IMG/VR virus record: IMGVR_UViG_3300047564_002075
Source: an uncultured virus (IMG/VR IMGVR_UViG_3300047564_002075)
Lineage: Duplodnaviria; Heunggongvirae; Uroviricota; Caudoviricetes
DNA length: 64,000 nucleotides
Direction: 5' to 3' (one strand)
The position numbers were made by a program, and so were the translations under genes. This document shows, piece by piece, positions 38,701 to 48,500 of the stretch. Numbering within the stretch: the first letter of the stretch is position 1; the number at the start of each line of letters is the position of its first letter. The notes beneath the pieces were generated by a model. The model worked only from the letters and a program-made list of their open reading frames with translations. It searched no databases and was not told the origin of the DNA.

Positions 38701-40340
38701 GTTCCATTCTCCGCAAGTCTGAGTTCTGGAATCTCGTCTTCGTTGATGAGTCCACCGATATAAAGAATCTTGAAATCACTTTGAAGATTCGTTGACAGAG
38801 TACCTGCACTTGCATACGAAGCTGGCTCACTATTTGCTTCTGCAAATAGAGTTCTTTCTACATTAGGGAAGTCAATCTGAATCGTTGAAGTACGTAGATC
38901 TGGATCAATACCTCTAGGTGGAATAATACCAGTGATTCTTCCGTTTGAATTCTGAGGATATGCGACAGATTGGAAACCTCTAGTCTTCAGAGCAGTGTTA
39001 CCAAAGTTGGAGTTAGAGTTGGTGATAGACATGTCACCACCACTATCACAATAGAAGTGATCAGCGTAACCAACCGCGAAAACAGAAACGATCTGAATGA
39101 ACGCAGAATTGGATGCCTTAATGTGATAGTTTCTCCAATTATCCTTATAGTTGTCAAATACAGTTCTTGGATTGTTATTAATAAACGCTCTGGCATCTTT
39201 CTGTAGAGAAATACCAGTGAACTGTGCAACAACCATGGATGCGAAACCAGTTGCATCAGCACCATTAGCGTGCATACCACTCATACCCCAGACAGATCTG
39301 AGTGAGCAGTTGAATACGTATGGAGAAGCAGATGCTACAGTATCAACAGTGTTTGCATCATTGTAGTTACCAACGATTCTGTTCTCTTCAACTCTCTTAT
39401 AGAGTTCAAAGATAGAGTTGCCAGTAGCAGGGATATTACCATCAAGTTGATCAACCTTTCTGTAGTATGAATTTAGGTCTGCTGCAGTAGCAAACTTAAA
39501 TGCAACTAGTCTGTGGTGAGAGAAACTTGAGTTTGGATGAACACTTGATTGTGTTGCATATGGTTGACCTTCCGAATCCTTAATTGTAAGTTGCCAAATA
39601 TAGCAACCACCAGTGAGGCGGAAGATTGCAGCTTCAGAACCAGTACCTTCTGGATCTGGGCAGTACTTAGGACGGATAATTGTCTTTCTGAGGTCCATAC
39701 CAACGATGGAAGTACCTCTAGGAACAATTAGACCACCATTCGCTGCGTTGAACTTGTAGTAGTCGTTTGGTGATAGTGAGTTTTGAGTAATTAGAGTGCT
39801 GTAATCACCACTCCACTCTGGACTTGCACCTTGGAATACACCAGGACGGTTATCAACTGTATATTGACCAGGATAAACGATAATGGTGAAATATTCAAAT
39901 TGGTCAGCACCTGCTTCACCAGCAGATTGTCCAACACCTTGAACATAAGATCTTCTTGCGGACTCAATTAGAGCACGTTCAATCGTCTTGAAAGGTCTTG
40001 CAAGGTTTTCTCCATTGTTGTCAAGGGCATCGTCAGATTTGCTGTCGTTACCGTTAACGTATAGAGTTTTACCAGTTAGTGAAATTGTGCTTGAGCTGTC
40101 TGTGACGGGAAGGAAAGTTGGTTCCTCTTCGGTTCCAAGAATAATCTTACCGTCTGCATTAATTCTAAATCTCTCAACACCGCCTGTTGAGATTGCAATT
40201 GTATTTGCTGCAGGACTGTAAATACCTGTATCTGTGTCGGTATCAAAGCTAATCGCTGGAGCGGTTGGGGAGTTGTTTTGATCAAACTTAATCTCCACAC
40301 CAGGAGCGATACCGCCAGATGTAACTCTAGTTAGAGCCAT
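35757..40340 (-). CDS. large cyanophage tail fibre/virion structural protein
   Basis: RPFKTIERAL...SPYVFNCSLRS...MVVAQFTG N-terminal region; T4 fibre-type repeat ASTTAAGIVRLST...AITP; TATAAATA at 40379-40386. Confidence 0.85.
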   Translation of the reverse strand: MALTRVTSGGIAPGVEIKFDQNNSPTAPAISFDTDTDTGIYSPAANTIAISTGGVERFRINADGKIILGTEEEPTFLPVTDSSSTISLTGKTLYVNGNDSKSDDALDNNGENLARPFKTIERALIESARRSYVQGVGQSAGEAGADQFEYFTIIVYPGQYTVDNRPGVFQGASPEWSGDYSTLITQNSLSPNDYYKFNAANGGLIVPRGTSIVGMDLRKTIIRPKYCPDPEGTGSEAAIFRLTGGCYIWQLTIKDSEGQPYATQSSVHPNSSFSHHRLVAFKFATAADLNSYYRKVDQLDGNIPATGNSIFELYKRVEENRIVGNYNDANTVDTVASASPYVFNCSLRSVWGMSGMHANGADATGFASMVVAQFTGISLQKDARAFINNNPRTVFDNYKDNWRNYHIKASNSAFIQIVSVFAVGYADHFYCDSGGDMSITNSNSNFGNTALKTRGFQSVAYPQNSNGRITGIIPPRGIDPDLRTSTIQIDFPNVERTLFAEANSEPASYASAGTLSTNLQSDFKILYIGGLINEDEIPELRLAENGTFNRYLAFGTTNSYLLTKRPNETLLFNLSGTTYTDTVRTSASTADPSYDDSNNGERLGYGFDIMGTVQSGPNAGKKFGYLYLKLNTAPTAGSSTVVAASALATNGTFTAATNNFANGDEVLISTTATYPTPQDNLGQLQPNLPYYIVGKSGNNFKLARTISGPALTFASSTSDAYTFTRRATPNTSSGILGVLHTRIEVASKLTYQYYFTAGTTNIGVERVADTRTSISNSELLWRIEYTLPQGLNCKPPERRFVLQPQSGGNTSDVFYILSIDTEQDYIFGEQDGIYYLTCLLGTVKNTTETSTTPGVIYLYEGVSTLVDGVTQNINYLYPVIDEDEPDWNPSASVSKVQILDIQSNNNTYKKNLNISVPTGTDLQFTSLTRETINKVITQFGIQYNGTTTAVNTATPYQSDTTANTHGKDIRSSSRRIDVNDVNVKLHRPSIIRASAHTWEYLGYGSGNYSTSLPQFHQVVLSRQEQFISQTLDLNGGLNASTGTNSSGEFYIGNNIQDAGGFESITLNVPAVRTSSQTRLIDYSNTFNSITNSIAQVNQSLTNNVSQLQSAFTSQLQGLANSFTTTSLTVQDNATISTLTVSTRLAISGVTSDLGLASTTAAGIVRLSTTAEAALGTAEDIAITPLALSSKTASSIKGLTNIRMSLNAPGVGTGFLYPTVDVSDATSWYLHPFRGNEISLYDYQNNVWTIVPVPENSKQFFLTNTGLAGGTALTANTVYDVYLYNAGSVTTPDLRVEYAAWSDFHTPPSRGRVQGIVTKGNVGGVDASKRYIGLVKTGGTAGTCSVKLGGRLANNLAEADVPTIGIANFYNTYRSSQRFMFASSWNTTQYYAWGHPPTYGAKARIEVLTADDSSITSFSDIYNNPGAGGASPAITICYHTIGLDSVDVGTTVDAAGSGLSGEISAGAGVFVPVDAFYGETQADNQTVNTSWSRSLGAGLHRIYYVYKQSGLSLINEHAAHGMIVSADV

Positions 40341-40449
40341 AAATTTGTCTCCGATGAAAAATAGAATACATCTGAGATTATTTATAGGCGTCTAAATTTT
40401 TTGACTTAGAATTTTACTATTTTTGATGTAAAAATTCCGCTGTTTTTGA

Positions 40450-40719
40450 CTAGTCTTGCGGGAGGTCTTCTGGGTTCTCCAAATCCATCTCAAATAGCAT
40501 CGGATGGGCCTGTTCGTCTATCAAATAGAAGGAAGTTTTATACAAATCATCGGGTTCAAATGTACGTTGCTTGTCTGCCGCTTCTATATAAGCAATATCG
40601 TACATTTCTTCTGGATCAACTTCATCAAAAGTAAACGGAATTTCATTGATGAAGTACATCTTCACTATCTGGGTTCCTTGATTGTACCAACAATAAGCTT
40701 GTGTGATTCTGTACTTCAT
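40450..40719 (-). CDS. conserved cyanophage hypothetical protein
   Basis: YCWY...IVKMYFINEIPFTFDE...LENPEDLP. Confidence 0.75.
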   Translation of the reverse strand: MKYRITQAYCWYNQGTQIVKMYFINEIPFTFDEVDPEEMYDIAYIEAADKQRTFEPDDLYKTSFYLIDEQAHPMLFEMDLENPEDLPQD

Positions 40720-40763
40720 GGAAAAAACCCTCTCCAGATGTACTATTTAATACAATAAAAAAA

Positions 40764-41102
40764 TTACTCCAGAATAAGTTCTGCTAAATTATTATGAAGT
40801 AATCTATGACAGATCGCACACAGAGGAACACATTTATCAATTTCTTCTTGAAGTTTTTTATAAGAACCCATTCTCATCATACCACTAATACCACCCATAT
40901 TTTTCGTTGATGGATCAATGTGATGTAAATCCATAGCACATGGAGGATATTTGACTTTACAAATAGAACAAGGTTTATCTTTTGCTTCTTCAACCATAGA
41001 TTTTCTCTTGTTATGAGAAGTTTGGTTTGATTTAGAAATTTTGTGGTTAGAGTGCCACTTTTTTTGATATTCCTTTTGTTTTAATTTATCTTTATATGGC
41101 AT
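40764..41102 (-). CDS. HNH endonuclease (putative homing)
   Basis: CSIC...MDLHHIDP...KCVPLCAICHRLLH; own TATAAATA at 41124-41131. Confidence 0.85.
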   Translation of the reverse strand: MPYKDKLKQKEYQKKWHSNHKISKSNQTSHNKRKSMVEEAKDKPCSICKVKYPPCAMDLHHIDPSTKNMGGISGMMRMGSYKKLQEEIDKCVPLCAICHRLLHNNLAELILE

Positions 41103-41139
41103 TTGGGTTCAAATATCTAATGATATTTATAACCAAAAA

Positions 41140-41223
41140 TGCGAGCAGCCAGAGTTGAACTGGCACGAAGTTGCCTTCAGCGGCTTTTAAGGCCGATGTG
41201 TCTACCGATTCCACCATACTCGC
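41140..41223 (-). tRNA. trnL: tRNA-Leu (UAA)
   Basis: GCGAGTA acceptor, GGAATCGGTAGACAC D-arm, CTTAAAA anticodon loop, long variable arm, GTTCAACT T-loop; CCA not encoded. Confidence 0.93.
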
Positions 41224-41362
41224 TTAATAATTTTACCAGAAAACCCCGAAAAGGCCACAGACCGATTTTGGCCTGGAATTTTTTTTCGGGGATTTAGGTA
41301 AACATGGCCGAATTTTCGCCTGGGAAAATTCTTTTAAATTGTACTATAGGTTCCGTACTTTG

Positions 41363-41554
41363 TCAATAAAGATACTCAATCATATCCTCAGTCAGATCTT
41401 CATGCGTATTAAGGAATTCACACATCCTGGTGAACTCATCTGAAGTATTATTTTCTACAGACAACACTTCTCCATTATCACTATACATCGTTACAACTCT
41501 ACTCAAAATATTTACTTCAACCTTTTGTAACTTTGATTTAGGATTAATGGACAT
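41363..41554 (-). CDS. hypothetical protein
   Basis: 63-aa ORF behind promoter TTGACA-N17-TATGAT (41607-41579). Confidence 0.7.
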   Translation of the reverse strand: MSINPKSKLQKVEVNILSRVVTMYSDNGEVLSVENNTSDEFTRMCEFLNTHEDLTEDMIEYLY

Positions 41555-41608
41555 GACAGGGAACCTGAGTACCTGGCTATCATACCACAGGATCCAGAGC
41601 CTGTCAAG

Positions 41609-44020
41609 TCAGTTGAGGGAGATGATCGGCGCGGTGAGTTTCAGTACAGCAAATGAAGTGTTTCCAAGAACACCTTCTGCAGTATCCAACAATAGACCAG
41701 TTGTGTTCTTAAATGCTGCTGCAGCAATAGAATCAAAGTACGCACCCTGTTTTGTGAATGCTGTGATACCAGTAGTATTTTCTTGGTCAATTGCAAGTTT
41801 GTTCTCTGTCCACACACCCAAACCAATCTGATTGTGTTTACCGCCCCACCATTCGTTTTCCAATCCAGTCTGGAAAACATTGGATATTCCTAATCCCTGT
41901 TCAAAGTTAGTTCCAACACGAGCATAGACGTTGTTACCACCAACTAATTTAAGTTTATTCAAACCAATAAAATTATTTTGGAAAAGAGTGATAACATTAT
42001 GAGATCCTAAACAGAAATGATTTTGTTCTGTAGTCCAGGAAGTAATAATTGGTGAGAATATTTCATACTGGCCAGAACAAGTGACACCTAGTTTTGATGC
42101 AACTAGTGCGAGTCCATTGTTTGCTTCAATTCTGGAGTCATTCTTGTAGTATGTCTCATGTTCACCAGCATATGTAATCTTACTCTCTCGGTTTACTGCC
42201 ATATTATAGTAACCAAGAACTTCAACGTGCATATCTCTACCAACTTTCAAATGGTAGTCACCATCCACGACCATCTTATAATTTCCGTGAATAATAATTT
42301 CTTCATCCTTAATAGTAACCTCTGTCTTTTTAGCAGAGTTGGTAATTCTTACATCACCATTATCATAAACATGAATACCTGATTTACTTGGACCATGTTC
42401 AATAACTAGACGACTATTATATGGAGTATCATCCATCATAACCATCGTGCCAGTTTCGGAGAAGGTTCCAATCATCTTGGAGTATTCTGGATTTATCCTT
42501 CCAGGTATTCCTGAGATATCAATTCCATAACCTCCTGCGCCACCACAACTTCCCAAGTTTGCTAGATCACACATTGAGAATGTGATTGCAGTTGGATCTC
42601 TAGTGTCTCTATCGCAACCAATGTTGAGAAGACCGAAAATGAAATCTAATATACTTACAACATTTAATTGAGCAAGATTTGATAAGTTACTTAGATCTCC
42701 AACTGAACTGAATGATGAAACGATGTCACTAACCAATGAAATAATTTGATCAGCAAGAGATACTAGATTAATGATGGTTCCGAAAACTGCATCAACAACG
42801 CAACCAGCAGCACCAAGAGCACCACTAACGAGATCCATGATTGCATCTTCAATACCAGACATCAAAGCATCTATAAGTGCTTGGTCCAGGATACATGCGA
42901 TCTCTTTTAGGATGAATAGAATTACATCGGTGAGTAGTTTACCAAACAAGGGAATTGCAGAGATTGCTGCGATACCAATTGCATTTAGAATTTTTGTGAT
43001 CTGACCCATCAAGAATGACTTGATCTGATTCACTACCCACCATAGAGAATCTTCAATAAATTCTAACGCACTATCAATGGTTCTTTTTATATCAACTAAA
43101 CTATGGATAAAGGATCCTGCAGTATCTCCCTCTTCTGAAGTACCACCAGCACCACCTTGATATTCTCCTTTCTTTACCAGTGAAACTGTTGTACCTTTTG
43201 TGTGTCTCTTCGGTGTTGAACCATCTTGTCCCCTCTTAGCGAGAACAAAGGTCTTTGAGTTTTTATTATTATAACCAATCTTCTCACCACCAACATTCAA
43301 CATACCAACACTAGGAAATCCCTGAGTGCTTTGAACTGGGATAGCCTGTTCTTCCGAATCAATGTCTACTGATAGTGTGGTAGTGTCTGGTTTGATTGTA
43401 TCTGCATACTTTAAAGTTGCAACCAGATGATTAATCGCATAGGAAACGTTTGATGTAAAAGTCTTGTCCCCTGCATTCTTACCATCAGCAATCGGAATAG
43501 ACTTTACTACACCAGATGGGTTTGTATCAGAGTGTGGGGATGAAGCCGCAGCAGCAGACATTGATGCTTGTTCTGCAAGTGTGGCAACACTGGAACCTCT
43601 ATCACTCACATCAGATTTAGTTCTCTGTACTGTGTTCTCAAATGAACCAGGATAATCCCATCTGTCCTGAGATGTTGGATCAACAACGTCTTCAATCTTA
43701 CTGAGAAGAGTTCCAATAACTACTGGTTGTTGACAGTCTGGGTAATCTAGAAAAAATCCTACAACAAAACTTCCTGGTTTAAGTTGTGCGGGAGCACTAC
43801 CAACCCCGTTTGCACCAGCAGAATCTGTTGGTGCCATTACAAGTGCCCATGGCAGATCCTCTGGTTTCTCTTTAGGTCTATGATAACCTAAAATGTTTAC
43901 CTTAACTCTGCCAAGTTTTGCATCTTTATCATCTGCATTCAATACAGTACCTAGCCACCATCTCCAGTCATCATTTCCAATAAAACTAGTGGTAGATAAT
44001 GTAGGGTTAGTGGATGCCAT
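41609..44020 (-). CDS. gp5: baseplate hub/central spike gp5-like (no lysozyme domain)
   Basis: N-terminal OB-fold WWLGTV..LGRVKVNILGYH...LPWA...GFFLD; C-terminal beta-helix-like repeats. Confidence 0.85.
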   Translation of the reverse strand: MASTNPTLSTTSFIGNDDWRWWLGTVLNADDKDAKLGRVKVNILGYHRPKEKPEDLPWALVMAPTDSAGANGVGSAPAQLKPGSFVVGFFLDYPDCQQPVVIGTLLSKIEDVVDPTSQDRWDYPGSFENTVQRTKSDVSDRGSSVATLAEQASMSAAAASSPHSDTNPSGVVKSIPIADGKNAGDKTFTSNVSYAINHLVATLKYADTIKPDTTTLSVDIDSEEQAIPVQSTQGFPSVGMLNVGGEKIGYNNKNSKTFVLAKRGQDGSTPKRHTKGTTVSLVKKGEYQGGAGGTSEEGDTAGSFIHSLVDIKRTIDSALEFIEDSLWWVVNQIKSFLMGQITKILNAIGIAAISAIPLFGKLLTDVILFILKEIACILDQALIDALMSGIEDAIMDLVSGALGAAGCVVDAVFGTIINLVSLADQIISLVSDIVSSFSSVGDLSNLSNLAQLNVVSILDFIFGLLNIGCDRDTRDPTAITFSMCDLANLGSCGGAGGYGIDISGIPGRINPEYSKMIGTFSETGTMVMMDDTPYNSRLVIEHGPSKSGIHVYDNGDVRITNSAKKTEVTIKDEEIIIHGNYKMVVDGDYHLKVGRDMHVEVLGYYNMAVNRESKITYAGEHETYYKNDSRIEANNGLALVASKLGVTCSGQYEIFSPIITSWTTEQNHFCLGSHNVITLFQNNFIGLNKLKLVGGNNVYARVGTNFEQGLGISNVFQTGLENEWWGGKHNQIGLGVWTENKLAIDQENTTGITAFTKQGAYFDSIAAAAFKNTTGLLLDTAEGVLGNTSFAVLKLTAPIISLN

Positions 44021-44022
44021 AA

Positions 44023-44235
44023 TCAGTTATCGTAAATTCTGCATTCTGGTTCGCTGGGATTTTGATCACAAAATAATTCTAATGGAGTTGGATCGTGAGT
44101 ATCGTTTGGATGTGACTCTTTATATTTTTGTAGAGACTCTAGTTCTCCTTCTATGTGCCTTCTAGCCTGAGAAGAAGTAAGAGGATCATCTAATATTTTT
44201 TTGTCTCTTTCAATATGATCGTCTATTGTTGACAT
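44023..44235 (-). CDS. cp12: CP12 Calvin-cycle inhibitor (phage type)
   Basis: HDPTPLELFCDQNPSEPECRIYD C-terminal CP12 signature. Confidence 0.92.
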   Translation of the reverse strand: MSTIDDHIERDKKILDDPLTSSQARRHIEGELESLQKYKESHPNDTHDPTPLELFCDQNPSEPECRIYDN

Positions 44236-44247
44236 ATGTAGCTCCTG

Positions 44248-45591
44248 TTAGTTTTTACCTTCTAACATAATCTGACCAACTCTGGTCTCTTTTTCATCTG
44301 GAACTGGTTTACCGCCAAATGAATCTCTTGTTAGAGTTATAGTTGTCCTCAGTTCTGATCTATTTAGTATGGTGTGCTTGATAGAATTGACAAGATATCT
44401 ACCACTAACTCTTTCATCTTCTTTGATACTTCCATCTTTATTTTTCTTTGGAGATGGAATAGAAAGATATATTACATTACCACATCTATTCTCCAGATCT
44501 CCAGGAACAGAAATTTCCATCTGGTTATATTCTAAGAAATAATATCTATAGAATGCCTTCTCAAAATTCTTATTAACTTCATCTATATTATCAGTTCCTT
44601 CTGTACTTTGGTTTTCATTCCAAGCACCCCAAGTACTTATTGTAGATGGTCTGTAAATAAATCTACTACCTCTCTTTAATAATTCAACAGCACCATCAAA
44701 TGTTTTTGTCTTATATGGTTTTACTTTATCAAGATGACTACTCTTATCCCAGAAGTCATCAGCATTACTTCTGAATACTCTGTAGGATCTGTTATTAATA
44801 TCAACGTATATACATTCATGGGCGAATGCCCCTCTTCTCAAGTCATCATACATATCAAATGCTTTTGGAGATGCATAGTTCATAACACGGAATCTCTCAT
44901 CAACATCAACTCCAGCTGATTTTTGATTTCCCTGGAAGTAAATATATTTTATCTCTTCATTTGGATATCTTGGTTGATCAAACAAAACATCAATTGATCT
45001 ATATGAGAATCCATCAAAGGTTTCATAGAATAAGAATCCAATAGAGTCTTTCTTGTATTCGGGAACGGATCTTCTTGCTAACCAGATTATAGTATCAAAT
45101 GGTCTCCAGTTTGGTATGTACATCTGGAATGGATACACCGTTGCATCAGGCGTAAATATTTTTTTGGTGGTGAAATTGCTTTGTTCTAAAATTTCTTTCA
45201 TCAAAACTTCAGACTTCTTTCCATCTACTCTTTCACAGATTCTAAAGTTTTCATTCCTCAAACCTTCCACCGAAACACAAGTCATGATGTAGGTTTGATT
45301 CTTTTCCTTCATCGTCCTACCATCAATCTTGTAAATATAATAATTCAAATCATACCATATATTATTGCTTTGAATGATCATTTGAATCCTTTCTTCGCCC
45401 ATGATTGGCAAAGTGTTAATCAAGTTTTCTCCAATATCCTGAATAAAAATTGTACACTGCAAACTGGCAGACAAAACACTCTCGTATAAAGTGATCTCTC
45501 CGACTAGGTTTTTAATATCAATCCTCTCGGAAAAGTGTGGATATAACCATACTTCCTTTAAAGAAAAATCACCTGGAAACTGATTTGCCAT
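44248..45591 (-). CDS. baseplate hub protein (gp27/gpD-like)
   Basis: YESVLS...LPIMGEE...FLFYET..GFSYRSID...SGRYLV..IKH; position between tape-measure-like genes and gp5. Confidence 0.7.
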   Translation of the reverse strand: MANQFPGDFSLKEVWLYPHFSERIDIKNLVGEITLYESVLSASLQCTIFIQDIGENLINTLPIMGEERIQMIIQSNNIWYDLNYYIYKIDGRTMKEKNQTYIMTCVSVEGLRNENFRICERVDGKKSEVLMKEILEQSNFTTKKIFTPDATVYPFQMYIPNWRPFDTIIWLARRSVPEYKKDSIGFLFYETFDGFSYRSIDVLFDQPRYPNEEIKYIYFQGNQKSAGVDVDERFRVMNYASPKAFDMYDDLRRGAFAHECIYVDINNRSYRVFRSNADDFWDKSSHLDKVKPYKTKTFDGAVELLKRGSRFIYRPSTISTWGAWNENQSTEGTDNIDEVNKNFEKAFYRYYFLEYNQMEISVPGDLENRCGNVIYLSIPSPKKNKDGSIKEDERVSGRYLVNSIKHTILNRSELRTTITLTRDSFGGKPVPDEKETRVGQIMLEGKN

Positions 45592-48500
45592 TATAGTAGA
45601 TTAAGGTTTGCTGTTTCTGATACCGTCATATTATTTAGATTGCCCATATGGAATGTACTACCATTATAATTCATAGATTTGTTAATGATCATGGTTGGTA
45701 TTTCAACTCCATGTGCAGCAGACATTTTCTTATCCAAAGTAAACTGACTACTCATAGATGGCAAAGAAGTTGATCTAGAAGGAGTTGGAGTTGGCAATTT
45801 TGGTGCCGGTGGTGCTGGAGTTGATGGTGGAACTGGTGGCGCCGGTGTCGCTGGGCCAGGAGCTCTTCCAGTTAACATAGTGAAAAGATCTCTCAGCATC
45901 CCAATATCCAATGATGGTTCTGGAGCAGATGTAGACTGACCTCCACCACCGCCGGAAGAACTTCCAGATGTACCAGATTCTGTATCAGATGCTCCTACAG
46001 TTCCAGATCCACCCAGTCTAATACCAGCAGCAAAGTTCCATATACCACCCTCCTTTGGAGCTCCACCACTAGTTGATTGGTGTAGGATCTTTCCTGGTTT
46101 ATCCGAAGCAATAGATACGTGAGTAATTGCACCAGGAGTATAATTACCGTAAGTATTCTTATGTAGAACAACATCTCCAGGTTGTAATGCAGATTGACTT
46201 CTAATAACTGCACCCATATCAGAACCAGCAAAAGATGCTGCAAAGTTTCTTCCACTATATGCAGTTCCGTCTGGGTCTAGGTCTCCTTTTTGAGTGACCT
46301 TTTCTGCTGCAGGATGTCCTGCCATTCCAAGAACCATTCTAACCCATGAAGCACATGGAGGAGTTGCTGGACCTCTTCTTCCTTCAGCAACTGCTTTCTT
46401 TGCGGATTGAATGATACCACCAGATGCAAGTTGAAGCAAACCACCCTCGGAATGTCCAGGAGCAGTATTCTTTACGTCTCTTCCCTTCTTGTCAAACAAT
46501 CTTAGTACACCAGGATCTTCTACTTCACCACCTTGAGCCATAAGTGGTACTACTCCTCCACTAGAAGCACCCTTCTTTGGAGTCATGTTTGCTTTTCTGA
46601 AGTTTGCAGCGAGTGCATCAGTATATTTTGTTCCTTTGGTTCCGAAACCATCAGCACCAACTTGACCAGTGTTAAGCCACTTTTCTGCTCCTCCCATGCC
46701 CTGGTTATGAGCATATCCAAGTATCTCTAGTTTTCTTTCTATTGCAGCATCTTTATATTTCTTATTACCCATCAAATAATTATGATTTGCCAAAGTATAT
46801 CCAGCAAATAATTTCTCTTGTAAGTCTGCATTCTTTCTAAAGGCTTCTCTTGCAGATGCACTATGACCAGGATCTTTTAATCCTGCTGCACGAGCACCAT
46901 CTGTTTTTGCAGCAGCACCAAGTTGATATCTTCCATCATAGTGACCACCAGATCCACCAGCAATATCATACTTACCACCAGATTCAATACCAGCAATAGT
47001 ATTTCTGAATATATCCCACTGTTGTTTGTTTGCACCCAGTTTACTCTGCACAAATTCATATGGTGCTCCTTTTGTATTTTCTGCCATACCAGGAGCTGGA
47101 CTTCCACCAGGATCAGTTGATGGAGATGCACCACTACCTCTTCTACCACCCATACCACCACCAGCTGGTTTGTATGGATCTTCTTTATCTGTCAAATAAT
47201 CTGATGGATCTGCCGATTCTTTTGCAGCTGCAGGTGACATGAATAAATCAACACCTTTACCTAGTCCACTAGAAAATGTTTCAACCGATATTCCAAACAC
47301 TCTAATGAATGGATTAAACATTTGAAGTGCAAGAGGAGACAACATGGATCCAACAGCACCCATTGATTTAAGAACTGCCATCGTTGATCCAATGATGATA
47401 GATGCAACAGTCTTGTATGGTTTTAGTGCAATGTCCTTTAATTTATCAATTGGGATAACAGCTTCAGTTCCATGTAGAGTTACATCATATCCACTCTCTG
47501 GTCCAGAAGCAATACCACCAGTGTTTAATTGAGGTTGATCTTTCTTTCCACCGAATATAGTTTTTCCTAGAGGAGCAATGACAGAATCATATAACCACCC
47601 AGCAAGAAAATCACCCAATAAACCACCTGCTATTGCACCAAGTACAGTACCTGCACCAGGAACGATACTACCAAGAGCACCAACTACAAATGTTCCGATA
47701 CCAGCACCGATTGCTTTTACTGCAGCTTTATCAATTGGATCTCCCAAGAACATGTTAATTGGGATAGCCAATAAAGTTCCAACTACTGGTACTCTTGTTA
47801 CTAATTTTGCAAGAGGTCTAACTAAAGTCTTGGTTACTTGACCAACAAATGGTTTTAGGAAAGTAAATATATTCTTACCAAATACTTTCAAGAATACTCT
47901 TTGTAGAGCACCTTGCAAACCTTTCTTGAATATACTTGCTGTCTTTGGGAAGATTTGTTTTATTGCATCACCAACTCCAGCTAAATTTTTGGAGAACAGT
48001 GACTTGAATAAGTCTTTAAAGTTGCTCGCATTCTTTAGTGCCCATTTTATATCACCAATAAGTTTCAGTGGATTTAATACTCTGGTGAATCCTTTGAATA
48101 AGAATACTCCAAGTAATAATTGAAGTCCACCAAATACTCTTTCTAATATAGAACCACCACCAAACAATCTAGTAAATCCTCCAAGAAGATTACCAACCAT
48201 TGAACCAACATAGAAATCAAAGAACTTAAAGATACCCATGAAGAGTTTGACAAACCCTTCAACCATATTTCTGTTCTCTGGTTTTGAAATGAAATCTAAA
48301 ATTGCATAGGAGATCAGTGCTTTTAGTATTCCAAATAATCCACCACCTACCTTTGCAGCTGCATCAGTTGCAAAACCAGTTAGTATATTCTTACCACCAG
48401 AAGGTCTGGATTCCATTCCAGATTCTTCTTTCTTTCTTTTACTCTTCTCTCTCGCTACTCTTTGAGCTTCAGCAAATTTAGATTCCAGTCGGACTCTTTC

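Noticed and set aside
14860..40340. Diversity-generating retroelement or invertase-driven shufflon acting on fibres
   Set aside because: No reverse transcriptase, recombinase or near-identical TR/VR pair with A-specific mismatches was seen in the window.
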